A stretch of DNA of 63,782 nucleotides, filler included, from Klebsormidium nitens (lineage: Eukaryota > Plantae > Klebsormidiophyceae): NCBI GenBank assembly GCA_000708835.1. It is 7 parts of 7 records of this genome, joined end to end, with 100 filler letters (N's around TTAATTAATTAA, not from the genome) between each part and the next. Parts side by side here need not be neighbours in the genome. Positions count along the whole stretch, not along the records: positions 1 to 12,764 come from DF238016.1; 6 more parts are not named here. One strand, written 5' to 3'. Of this stretch, positions 1-9,985 are shown one piece after another. The notes below the pieces were generated by a model, which did no database searches, was not told the origin of the DNA, and worked only from the letters and a program-made list of their open reading frames with translations. Position 1 is the stretch's first letter. Every line of letters begins with the position of its first letter. The position numbers and the translations under genes were made by a program.

Positions 1-209
1 TACTGATTAGTGTGTTCGATTGAGTACCTGATAGGAATGCCGACCTGGGTGTGTAGTACGTTCTGTACGTATTGAACCAGGAAGGATGGCCTTGAAGGAG
101 AAGGTCAAGGAACAAGGTCACACTTCTGGTGCTGATCTGAAGTAAGCAATTTTTACGAGCGCGCAGCTGGGAAGCAAGACAAGGGCTTCCGCAAGTGTAT
201 TCTGATCCG

Positions 210-688
210 CTATAGGGCCAGCGTAGCCTTATAGGCCTGTAGCGTATCAACCGCGTCAACACCCCTAGGGAACGCCTCCGCCACCCGCGCTGCATGCTTG
301 GAAGGCATCGCCCACACCTCACACCACTTCGAGAAGTGCGCAATGGCGATGAGCACGAACCGCTCTTGGACCGGGTGGTTATCAGGGCCCCCGCAAAGTC
401 TAGGCTCCACCGATACCCCAACCCCATTACTAGCAAACTCTACATCACACTCATTTCCTTCGGGAAGGCCGCTGTCGTCTGGTCACACTGGTGACACCCC
501 GCAACTCCCCGCCCTGCCGACTCATACATCCCCGCCCACCAGTACGTTCGTTTCAACAGAAGAACCGTTCGTTTCTCCCCCCAGTGGCCGGTTTTCTCGT
601 GTACGGCCCGCACCACGGCTTCTCGCTGGGCCGGCAGTGGCACGTGACCGTTATGGTGCAAAGTACGGCCGGGGTAAATTCGCGCCAA
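210..688 (-). pseudogene. Degenerate Ty3/Gypsy integrase remnant (zinc-binding domain plus start of rve core)
   Basis: ORF 440..688 has HHCC-like H-x4-GHWG...TYWWAGM...CHQC. ORF 210..410 has FVLIAIAHFSKWCEV, resembling the rve core. Frameshifted, and similar to the integrase at 3858..4838. Confidence 0.8.
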
Positions 689-1200
689 GTGAGTTTATAA
701 GCGGCGGAGGAGCGGCGGCGGCCGCCGGAAATTGCGCCGATAGGGAGCATTTTCGACCCGGTGATTTTGAGTACTTCGTAGGTAACCCGTCGGGGGACCG
801 TGCCATATTCCCCCGAATTTTTGACGGTTCGGAGCGATTTTGCCCCAATTTGTCCCTTTTCGGCTGTAGATTGAATGGGGGTGTCAATGCATGAGATGAT
901 AACTGCATCTCAAACAGAGATACAGAGGTGACACTTGAATAGGAGTTCAAGCTTGATGTATTGAAAAGCATGGTGTGCTTCACTGCGCCAAAAGTTCTCC
1001 TCTCTACATGTTTCCATGCTCAAAATGAGGTAGAGGTAGGCAAAGAACAGCTCCTTTGTATCCCGTACACCACTAACAACCAGAAATGTATCCCTAAACC
1101 ATGCATGGTGTTTTCCAACACCGCACTCTTCTGGGAATGGATTCTCTTAGAGGCAAACTTGTTGATTATGTTGTGGAAGGTTTCGGTCATGTATGAAGTT

Positions 1201-1333
1201 CTGTCGGGCCGTATGCACTCGGTCGGATATCGCCTCGGAAGGTCGAAAATACTAGCTGCAAACAGCTTTGCAGACACGTGAAAAATCGAAAATAGGTACC
1301 TGTACATGGTAGCTAGTAATCCATGCGGTATCC
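1201..1333. repeat. ~135-bp dispersed direct repeat, copy 1 (empty-site version)
   Basis: 1201-1318 is nearly identical to 2159-2276. Its continuation ATCCATGCGGTATCC (1319-1333) reappears at 3355-3369, after the 2277-3352 insertion. Confidence 0.9.
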
Positions 1334-2158
1334 GTAGGAGAAAGCCTCCCGGGCTCGTGGCTACCGGGGCGGTCTCTCAGGACATGCATTTGCACGGACG
1401 CAATGGTTTAAGACAAGGTCACCGGAGAATGATCTATCATGCTAAGAAAGCACATGTATCAATGAGAACACATGAGAAGCACCGGAGACATCAATACCTT
1501 TACTTCAATGGGCAGCCCTTCCAAAAAGAAGCGGCCCCGGAAGCGGCTCCTTCCTCTCCTTCTCTCCTTCAAGGTCACTTGCATGTAGATACCTAAGACT
1601 TGGTCGAAAGCTCTCTTGTAGCAAAGGCGTTCTAAGAGTGCTAGCATACAACCGGGTAAGTACAAGCAATGTGTGTTGTATGGATGTCGATAACCCTTGA
1701 CTAGCCGCATACTAGATCGGACTAGCTATGAGGCAAGCATTGATTTAACCAATAAAGTACCGATTTATATGGTTAACACCGAGTACCGAACTCGAGTGGG
1801 TTTAGCTATATTTCGTGAACCCCGGATTTAAACAATTCCGAATTGAAGCCAAATCGACGGACGGTTGGTGTGGATGCCTACATATCACGATCGGACCACC
1901 GTTCGATGATACCGAAATGAGGCTAAAAAGTGAATTGTTGTCCCAGCTACGCAGCTCTAATTGTGCTCATGGATACTAGGGGTAATGTAGGCCGCAATTC
2001 TTGTTGTAGTCGGAATCTGTCGCCCCCCTTGTGGTTGTCACAGCGGAGAGCAAACGGGCAAACCGCCACACATGGCTGTCCTGTCTACATGTAGCCTCGA
2101 ACCATTGCATGAGCTCGGAATCGACATGCTACAGCGCCGAGACTGTACGTCATGACGG

Positions 2159-3369
2159 CTGTCGGGCCATATGCACTCGGTCGGATATCGCCTCGGAAGG
2201 TCAAAAATACTAGCTGCAAACAGCTTTGCAGACAAGTGAAAAATCGAAAATAGGTACTTGTACATGCTAGCTAGTACACAACGCGTCCAAGTGAGGGGGC
2301 CTGTTTTCGAGAGGTTCACTGACAGTGGGCTGTAATTTGCCCGCGAGTCGCGATCGGTTGCAAAAACGGGGCCTCAAATTTGTTGATCGAAATCTCAATA
2401 CGGGTTTTCCGGGCACAGGCTGGTTATATGCAGGTTCTGGGTCTACGACGGTCCGTCGACGGTCGGGCAACGGTTGCGCAGCCGTTGCGCAGCCGTTGCC
2501 CGACCGTCGAGCAACAACTCCGCGACACTCTCAAAAGTGTCGCGACGGTGTTGCAACACTACCTCAGAAAAATGCCTCTAAATAGGGGCAAACAAGAAAA
2601 TTACACCGCGTTTCAAATTCCCTTGAAGACACAGTCTCTACTTCGGGACTTGAGGAGCCTAGGACATTAGAAACATACTGTAACTTACAGGAAAGTGTGT
2701 CAACGAGGCGTTTTCAAATGGAATGGTGTCAATCTGCTTCGACAATAGGCTTAGCAGCCTTGAAAAAGTCCGGTCCCGCAAGGCCGGCGCGCGAGTTTGA
2801 CATTGGCTTATTTCCTAGATTCGCAGCCTACGATGTAAAACTTGTAGTCTGTAAATTCAACTGGGCGGTCGGTTATATTGTTCGCGTATATATATCGAAT
2901 GTCGAAAACGTACTTACAGTGTTGCGACAGTGTTGCAACGCTGTTGCAATGTTGTCGGGCAACTATTGCCCAACAGTTGGGCAACGGTTGCCCGACCGTC
3001 GCGACGGTGTCGCGGAACCCGAAAATGCGTATAACCAGCATGTGGGTAGGTCCAATCACAGTGAATTCACTCAAGGAGGTCTGGAGGTCCAAAATGGACC
3101 TCCGTTACGGTTGGAGTTTCCCACCTGTGAATTTGTTGCAACTCGGGCAATATGTTGCTAAGGTCCTCTAGTAGATCATACCAAAAATCCAGCTGTAAAA
3201 TCGCGGCACAGCTCCTTATACGCTACAAACCCTAAAACCCTAAAAATTGCTGATTTGGACCATTTTCGAGTCTGGAGTGGTAAAATTTGCCTACCGCGCA
3301 AATTCGACTTTACGATTCCGCGTGCGGCGGAAAATTTTCCGGTTGCGTTGTGTAATCCATGCGGTATCC
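2159..3369. repeat. ~135-bp direct repeat, copy 2, split by a MITE
   Basis: 2159-2276 plus 3355-3369 reconstitute copy 1. Confidence 0.85.
2277..3352. mobile_element. Non-autonomous TIR element (MITE) with TA target-site duplication, Tc1/mariner-like
   Basis: Ends CACAACGC...GCGTTGTG (8-bp TIR), flanked by TA at 2275-2276 and 3353-3354. The paralogous empty site has a single TA at 1317-1318. Degenerate internal inverted repeats (~2430-2480 vs ~2980-3040). No transposase ORF. Confidence 0.85.
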
Positions 3370-3476
3370 CCCCCATACCGGCGAAGGCGTCTCGACGAAG
3401 CTAGCAGGTCGCTCAACTCAATCGTTGCGGAGTGGACAAGCATCAGGGATAAAAAATCGTAGCAACGTAACAGGTC

Positions 3477-3650
3477 CTAGGCAAGAGGGTCTGGTGTAGG
3501 CAGACACCTTGAGCAGAACCAATCTCCCGTTGGCTTCTCTGTCAACGGTGGTCTGAGGCATCTCATGTGCCATCCCTCGTTGCACCTATCGCACAACAGC
3601 ATGCGGTTCTTCCTCTAATCGGCCACTGCATCCCTGCAATTAAACTTGGC
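3477..3650 (-). pseudogene. PHD finger at the C-terminus of the Gypsy polyprotein
   Basis: Manual translation of 3602..3477 gives MLLCDRCNEGWHMRCLRPPLTEKPTGDWFCSRCLPTPDPLA*. The first Cys pair (KCQV-CRD) lies upstream across a 4-nt insertion and an in-frame TAG. Too short for the ORF track. Confidence 0.88.
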
Positions 3651-5045
3651 ACTTCTGGTCCAAGTCTTCCAGCGCTAACACGGGATTCTGCCAAAGGTCA
3701 ATGTTTGGATTGCGACATGGGGCACAGTTCTCTACATGCTCCCGAATCTGCTTCTTGTCACGTCCCTCGAGGACTAACCTGCCGCCACTGCCGACACTAA
3801 TCACACGCGGAATCCGCCTACCAACTCTACGGTCCATGGAATCTGCCTTCTGACGCTTCAAGTACACCAAGTCGCCTGCCGCAAACCGACGAAGTTTCGG
3901 CGTGTGGTCCCCTGACCTCTTGTGCGCATAGTGCAGCGCATGTCTTTGTGTTGCGCTATCGCGAGGTTGTTAAAGGCTATTGGCATCTCCTCCCTAAAGA
4001 GTCGGGCGCGCTCCTCAACGACGGTTGCCCACACCTGCCGGGAGTCCAGATCCACCACGGTGTGCAACACGTCTCGTACACGGGCCCCGACGATGGGCCA
4101 CCTGCCAAAGAGCAGGAAGTACGGTGAGTACCCTGCCAGAGATGCCTGGCGACTCATGCGGTAGCCCATGGCGATCCAGCACAAGAATCGGTCCCAATGA
4201 TGTCTATCGGACTGGAGGTCGTACTTTCGACGCCCCTCTTTAGTGACTTGAACGATCCGTTCCGCCAGACCGTCAGCCTGCGGATGGTCGCGCGAAGTAA
4301 TTATGTGGTCGATGAAAAGTTGTACAAGCAGCTCTGCGAACTCGCCAGCAAACTCATCACCCTGATCGGTAAGTATTTCGGCTGGAGCCCCATACCTAGT
4401 AAGCACGCCACGCAGCGCGGCAACAGTATGCTTTGACTCTTTTGTAGGAATAGGAACCAGCTCAATCCACTTCGAAAAGTGTTCGATCATTATTACCACG
4501 AATCGATTCCCGTCTGTGGAAACGAATGGCATCTTACACGGATCCACTCCCCAGCTGTAGAATATTCCCATGATGGGCAACGGTTTCAGCGTTGGGTCCT
4601 TGACCTCAAAACTGGCTTTGACCCTGTCGCATACTGTGCACTTGGCTACCTCAGCCCGCACGTCTGCAAACATGTTGACCCAGAAGTACGTAGGTGACAA
4701 CAACGAGTAAGTTTTGCTCACTCCATAGTGCCCGACGTCAACATGGATCGCCTTTACCAGGTTGGCGCACTGCTCCGGCGGCAGCACAACCTTCAATCCA
4801 GTCCACTGGACACTCCTTGACCTGCAGGGGAAGTGCATTTTCTCAGCAGCTCGTTCAAGAAGTAATAACCCTTTGACATGCGCTGCACACGATCCTTCTC
4901 AGAAGCGCTTCGTCCCGGACCGTAGCTGCCTTCCTTTAGATAGTAGAGCGTCTCCAGGTCATGCCAGATGTCACGAGAAGCGGAGTTACTTCTAGGCGCT
5001 GCCATCAGTAAGTCGCCATCTCTCTCGGTGCCAGAAAACGGGTGC
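3640..5045 (-). pseudogene. Gypsy integrase (HHCC zinc domain, rve core, C-terminal SH3-like region)
   Basis: IH-x3-GHYG...YFW...CTVC; FVVIMIEHFSKWIE; ILTDQGDEF; HPQADGLAER; VYLKRQK...LEGRD...REHVENCAPC. Confidence 0.93.
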
Positions 5046-6012
5046 CAATGACGAAACCGAAGTGGCATTCGGACACCTAAAATCGAAACTTTGGAGCAAC
5101 CTCGTGAAGTCAAGTGCGGTCAAACTATTGAGTAAATTGAACCAGAAACTGACGCGTGTCCAGTTGGTTTTGGAGAAAATCGGAGACTTGGTTTAGTAAC
5201 CGTCTTCCAACTTGTACATCAGGGCTGTAATATTGACCGGTGGACACGGACCGAGCGGGTCTGAGCCCTGAGTCCGGCTGCTTTCAAGTAGTACCGGGCA
5301 CATGCAGGGGCACGCGGGAAAGGACCACGGTCTCAATTTAGACACCGAGTACTGATGAGGCAAAAATTTCCGCACTCCCCGCTACTGGCTTGAAGTGCTC
5401 GGTCACCACTTTCAGTCCGTAGACCCAAAATTTGCAGGAAATAAGTGAATCCTAGGCAGCTTAAACGTTGTATTCTACGCCGCAAACGGCGGAATCGGTA
5501 CATTGTATGTACCTGAGAACTACCGCAGCTGGCTACATTGGAGTTACCTAGGTACCGCAGACCCGACCGAAGGTACCTAGGTATACCTGCTACGAAGCGG
5601 TTGCTACCGCCTGGTGGAAGGCAGCACTACAGTATGTACCTTAAAACTACACTGACAGCAGGCTGCTCGGACTCCGCAGTCCTAGTAGTCAGTGTGCAGT
5701 GTTGTACCGTAGAGCGCGCGGTACGGTCGGGAGTCCAGACATACAGTACCGGGTACTAAGAATACACGTACCACGTTGGACTGAAGTACATACCGTAGGC
5801 GGTCGTACCGTGCAAAGCCGGCTACGGTACTGCTCGTACCCGTAACCGGGCGGCGGAACTGACAATTGAGAGGACACGCGTCAGCCTTAGCTTCAATTTA
5901 CTCGAGAGTTTGGAAATTGCTAAAAACAGCGCGCGCGCCATAGACCAATCGGAACCGAGAATGAAAGTTTGGATTTCAGGTGTCCACTGGCAACTTCGGT
6001 TTCGTTATCAGT
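5045..6012. mobile_element. MITE-like foldback insertion between RNase H and integrase
   Basis: Two nested imperfect inverted-repeat pairs: 5051-5092 vs 5964-6005 (35/42) and 5121-5160 vs 5873-5912 (33/40). The pol frame is interrupted at both ends. Exact ends and TSD unresolved. Confidence 0.8.
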
Positions 6013-6722
6013 GAACGACCAGCTGTAAGTCCTGAGTTCCTGCAAGACTGGCGCCCTCGGAAGGGTGGACAGCTGGTGTAACGTTCTGGACCGTCCCATC
6101 TTGGCCACTACCCACTTCTGAACCAAACTGGCTAAATACGGGCTCTCCTCTGTTGCATAAAATCCTGCCAACGAAGCAAGGGGCCACAGAAATGGAGACA
6201 GGAACCTCAGGAAGCACGTGATCCATGCGTGCATCTGTTCCATCAGATTCATCTGGCAGAGGGTTTCGCGAAAGCCCGTATGCATCTCCCGACTTCAAAC
6301 CAGCCCTATGCTCAATTTCGAAGTCATACTTAGACAGGATATGCGCCCATCGTGAGTGCATACCTGTGAGTTTCTCGTTCGTCATAAGCTACTTCAACGG
6401 CTCGTGGTCCGTTAGCAGCTTAAAGTGTCGCCCGTACAAGTAGGAACGGAAGTAGGACACCCCCCAGACTGCACCAAGGCACTCATCGGCCGGCCTGGTA
6501 GTTGGAGTAATTCCTCTCCGTCCTGTTGTTGCTCCTCGAGGCATAGGCAATGACGAACTCCCGTCCCTGGTCGTCCCTCTGAACGAGCACCGCGCCCAGT
6601 TCGACGACACTCCAATCTGTATGGAGTTCAAAAGGGCGTTTGTGATCAGGCCGTCTCAGAATCGGCGCTTCTGTGAACCTGATCTTTAGTGTCTCGAATG
6701 CTTGCTGACAAGCCTCCGACTA
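6008..6722 (-). pseudogene. Gypsy RT connection and RNase H
   Basis: CQQAFETLK...APILRRPD...PFELHTDWS; [33 protein letters not shown]; RWAHILSKYDFEIEHRAG...DAYGLSR. Confidence 0.9.
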
Positions 6723-7704
6723 GCCCCAAGCTACGTCGTTCCGTAGAAGATTGTTCAGCGGTGCAGCGATTGTGCTGTAATGTTCAACGAACTTCATGTA
6801 ATAGTTGAAAGTGTCCAGCACGGCCCTCAACTCAGGAACCTCTGTTGGAGATCGCATCATCACGATGGCCTCCACCTTGACCTGCATCGGGGCAGTCCCC
6901 CCAGGAACAACCCTGTGGCCAAGATACTCAACATCAGGTTCTGCACAGCGCATTTTCTTATGATGACACTTGATGTTTTTGTCCCTCAAACGCGTCAGTT
7001 CAGCCCTCAGATGCTTCAAGTGATCGTCAAAGCTTTTGGAAAAGACAATGACATCGTCAATAAAGCAACGCGCACAGTAACGTTCCCGACTCAGCACTTT
7101 GTCCATAACACGCTGAAAGAAGGGTGGCGCATTCTTCAGATCAAACGGCACAACTGTCCACTCATGCAACCCGTCAAGACACTAGAAAGCCCGTTTTACA
7201 ACAGTCTTCCTCCGCGATGCAAATTTGATGATATCCCATACGCAAGTCCAAAGTGGTAAAAATACAGGAGTCCGCCAGCTCATCAAAATAATCCTCTGGT
7301 GTCGGCAAAGGGTAGTGGTCCTCGGGAGTTACCTTATTCAGAGCCCGAAAATCCACACACGGCCGTTTATCCGCCCAGTTTCCATGCACAACTTTTTTAG
7401 GAGGCCTTGTTACAAGAAACGCCCACTTAGATGTCGATTCTCTGATAAAACCAACAGACTTCCGTTCTTCCATTTGCTCAGTCAGGATTTCTTTCTCGTA
7501 CTGAGACAACCTATATTGAGTCTTGAAGATTGGAGTCTCGTCTATGAGTGCAATCCGAAAGACCTCGTCCGCCATGACTCCAAATTCTGTGAAGTCATGA
7601 GCAAACACGTCTTGAAACTCATCCAACAAGTCAGTCAACTGTTCTTTCTGAACTGCTGTGAGATTTGGATTCATTGGGCACTTAATTAGGCCCTGCAGGT
7701 TCAA
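6720..7704 (-). pseudogene. Gypsy reverse transcriptase
   Basis: RPCVDFRALNKVT...YPLP; FTTLDLRMGYHQ; VVPFDLKNAPPFFQRVM; CFIDDVIVFS; YLGHRV. One frameshift near 7175-7185. Confidence 0.93.
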
Positions 7705-8089
7705 AGTTTACGGCTGGTTGTTCATCCTTGCTTGGAAGTGAAGTTGAATCAGAACTCTCACCTGGGTCGGGTGGAGGCCGTCCTTGGGCCACCTTGGCCG
7801 CGGCGGGGCTGTCCTCCTTCCCTGTGTTGGCCGTACCCGGCCGTGAAGTCACTCCCTCACTCAAAAGTTTTGAATTCTGCTCAGGGCGCAGACCAGTCCC
7901 CCCCCCAGCTTATTTTCTCCAGGAAAATCAGCTGCAATTTGAGGGTTGCGACTCACCCGTGTTATGCGACCGTCCCTGCCGGCTATTGTCAGGTCCTCCC
8001 TACTCACACTAAACACCTTTCGAGGAAAGGAAGCATCCCCCCCTAGTTGCGCCTAATCGCTACCAGACCGACCTCGAAACCGTCAGTTA

Positions 8090-9080
8090 GAGAGCAGACC
8101 CCGCTGAAAGGCAAAAGCACAGCCAAACAGAAAGGTCAACTGGAATATGTCTATGGAGGCACCAAGCAGCCGCAATCGCTCACCCTCATTTGGGGGTGCA
8201 GCCGAGTTGACGGTTGTCTCGCGCATGAAACCCATGGATCGCCCCCTCGCGCTCTGCTGCAGTCGGCTCCGTCATTCCCCCGCGGTCGGACCGCACGAGG
8301 CTCTGACCTGCAACGTAGGCATGCGACCCTCTGTAAGTGACGAAGGTGGCAAAAGCGCATAAGGGCTCTCCAACAACCTTGACAGCATGCGGACCCGGGG
8401 CTCTGCTGTGCTGCGCTCTGAGGGCCAACCGCCCTGGTCCTAGAACATCCTGCACTGTCTGTGTAGGTGACCGTGCCTCAAACCGTTTAGCCACCATTTC
8501 GTGAAGCAAGGTGGTTGGAATCAGGTTGGTCCAGATCCCACGGTACCGGTGGGCGTACGAACCCACTGCAACAGCATCAAAGGCACAGCCCTGACCGAGG
8601 ACTCCCTTGACCACCTCGTTGAACTCCTGGCGCACCTGGAGGTCTGGGTGACTTGATGCATCAACATTCTCAAACAACCACGCACAGTTTCCTTGGTGGC
8701 GAATGATCCTGTGTACCAACCGAACCACGTCAACGAAGACGGCGGTGCGTGGGTCTCGAAGGCCTTTGGCCGTCCCCGACGCCCGCGAGAATCCCTGGCA
8801 GGGAAACCCACAAACTACCAAGTCAAGAGGTCCCAGCGCAATGATGTGACTTTGATTGATCAGCTTGACGTCCTGTGGCAGCAACCCAAAGCAGTTCTCG
8901 AACGCAGACTCGGCCGAGAGGTTGGGGAAGATCCCGCTCAACGTCTTCAACCTAGCCATCGCAACCGCCCGAGCTGTCTGGTCGCTCTCGCAGCAGTGAA
9001 GCTGCTTGATTTTGATTCCCATGCGAATCAGCGCCTCTGTAGACGCCATAATGCCCGCGCACAACTAAACAACAACCAAA
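8090..9080 (-). pseudogene. C5 cytosine DNA methyltransferase domain embedded in the retrotransposon polyprotein
   Basis: Motif I VVV*LCAGI; II HCCE; IV DLVVCGFPCQGFS (catalytic PC); VI WLFENV; VIII AHRYRGIWTN. After a frameshift near 8240, IX/X-like MGFMRET...RLRLLGASID. Same frame as the protease ORF, separated only by TAG codons. Confidence 0.92.
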
Positions 9081-9118
9081 CCAGACTCCGCAGACTCACT
9101 AAAGACGCCCACAATGTC

Positions 9119-9937
9119 CTAGTTAAGAGGCCGAAGGTTGGTGTACTCTGCAAGCGTAATAGGAGGTGGGGTTGCCTCTTTTTGCCGCAGAGCCATCACG
9201 GACTCATCAAAGGACAGATCGAGTTCCTCCAGAAGCCGCTTCCTGTACGTGTAGTACTGGAAGTTTGCATGCTGCATATCAGGCTTTAACACTGGAGTGG
9301 CCATTTGTGGCATGACGCTTGCCACGCGCGCATCCACCACCACGGCTTCCTTTGCGATCTTGGACGACAGGGGTGCGGCACGGTACAGCATTTCAAATAC
9401 AGCAGGTATCCGCACAGAAGTTGTTCCCCGTGTCTTCCAGTCCTTGTAGTACTTCATCTTGCCTTTGTAGGCATTCACAGTGAGTCCGACCTTCCCAATC
9501 ACACTCATTCCGAGCAGCACATTGTCATTGTCTCCTGGTGTGACAACCACATATGCACCAACAGTGGTTTCACCCGCCGTGCCTGGGTTAAGCACAACCG
9601 GAATTCGCTCTAAGGATCGGTTAAAAGGCGCAGTGACCCGTTCATCTGCACACCGCAGCGCAACAGCGCCTTTCTGCATCATGCTGGGCTTGATTCCTGC
9701 TTGTCTAGCCGCTCCCCTGGCCATGACAATCATTTCACACCCCGTATCAACCACCAGGTGCTGAAGCACCTTGCCGTTTATCGTACAAGCAATTAGCCGT
9801 CGGGGGTTACTGTTGTCCAGTCTTGGGGCTTTGTGGACTTCCAAAAACCTGTCTGCGGTAAAACTAGCAAGCAATGATCCCAACAGCGCACTCAAACCAA
9901 GAGAGGAGACGTCACAGAACTCCACCACAGTGGGCAC
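9119..9937 (-). pseudogene. Retroviral-type aspartic protease
   Basis: INGKVLQHLVVDTGCEMIVM (DTG motif) and VLLGMSVIGKVG. Confidence 0.88.
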
Positions 9938-9985
9938 TCCTGCAACTTGGAGCGCATTCTGCGGGGCTGGCGCCCGCCGCTCACT

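Noticed and set aside
2017-2030. Candidate polypurine tract (minus strand AAGGGGGGCGAC) and 3' LTR of the Gypsy element
   Set aside because: Not followed by a canonical TG, and no second LTR copy is visible because the 5' end falls in a gap.
3230-3245. CCCTAAAACCCTAAAA, telomere-like (TTTTAGGG)2
   Set aside because: Only two units inside a MITE; compatible with chance.
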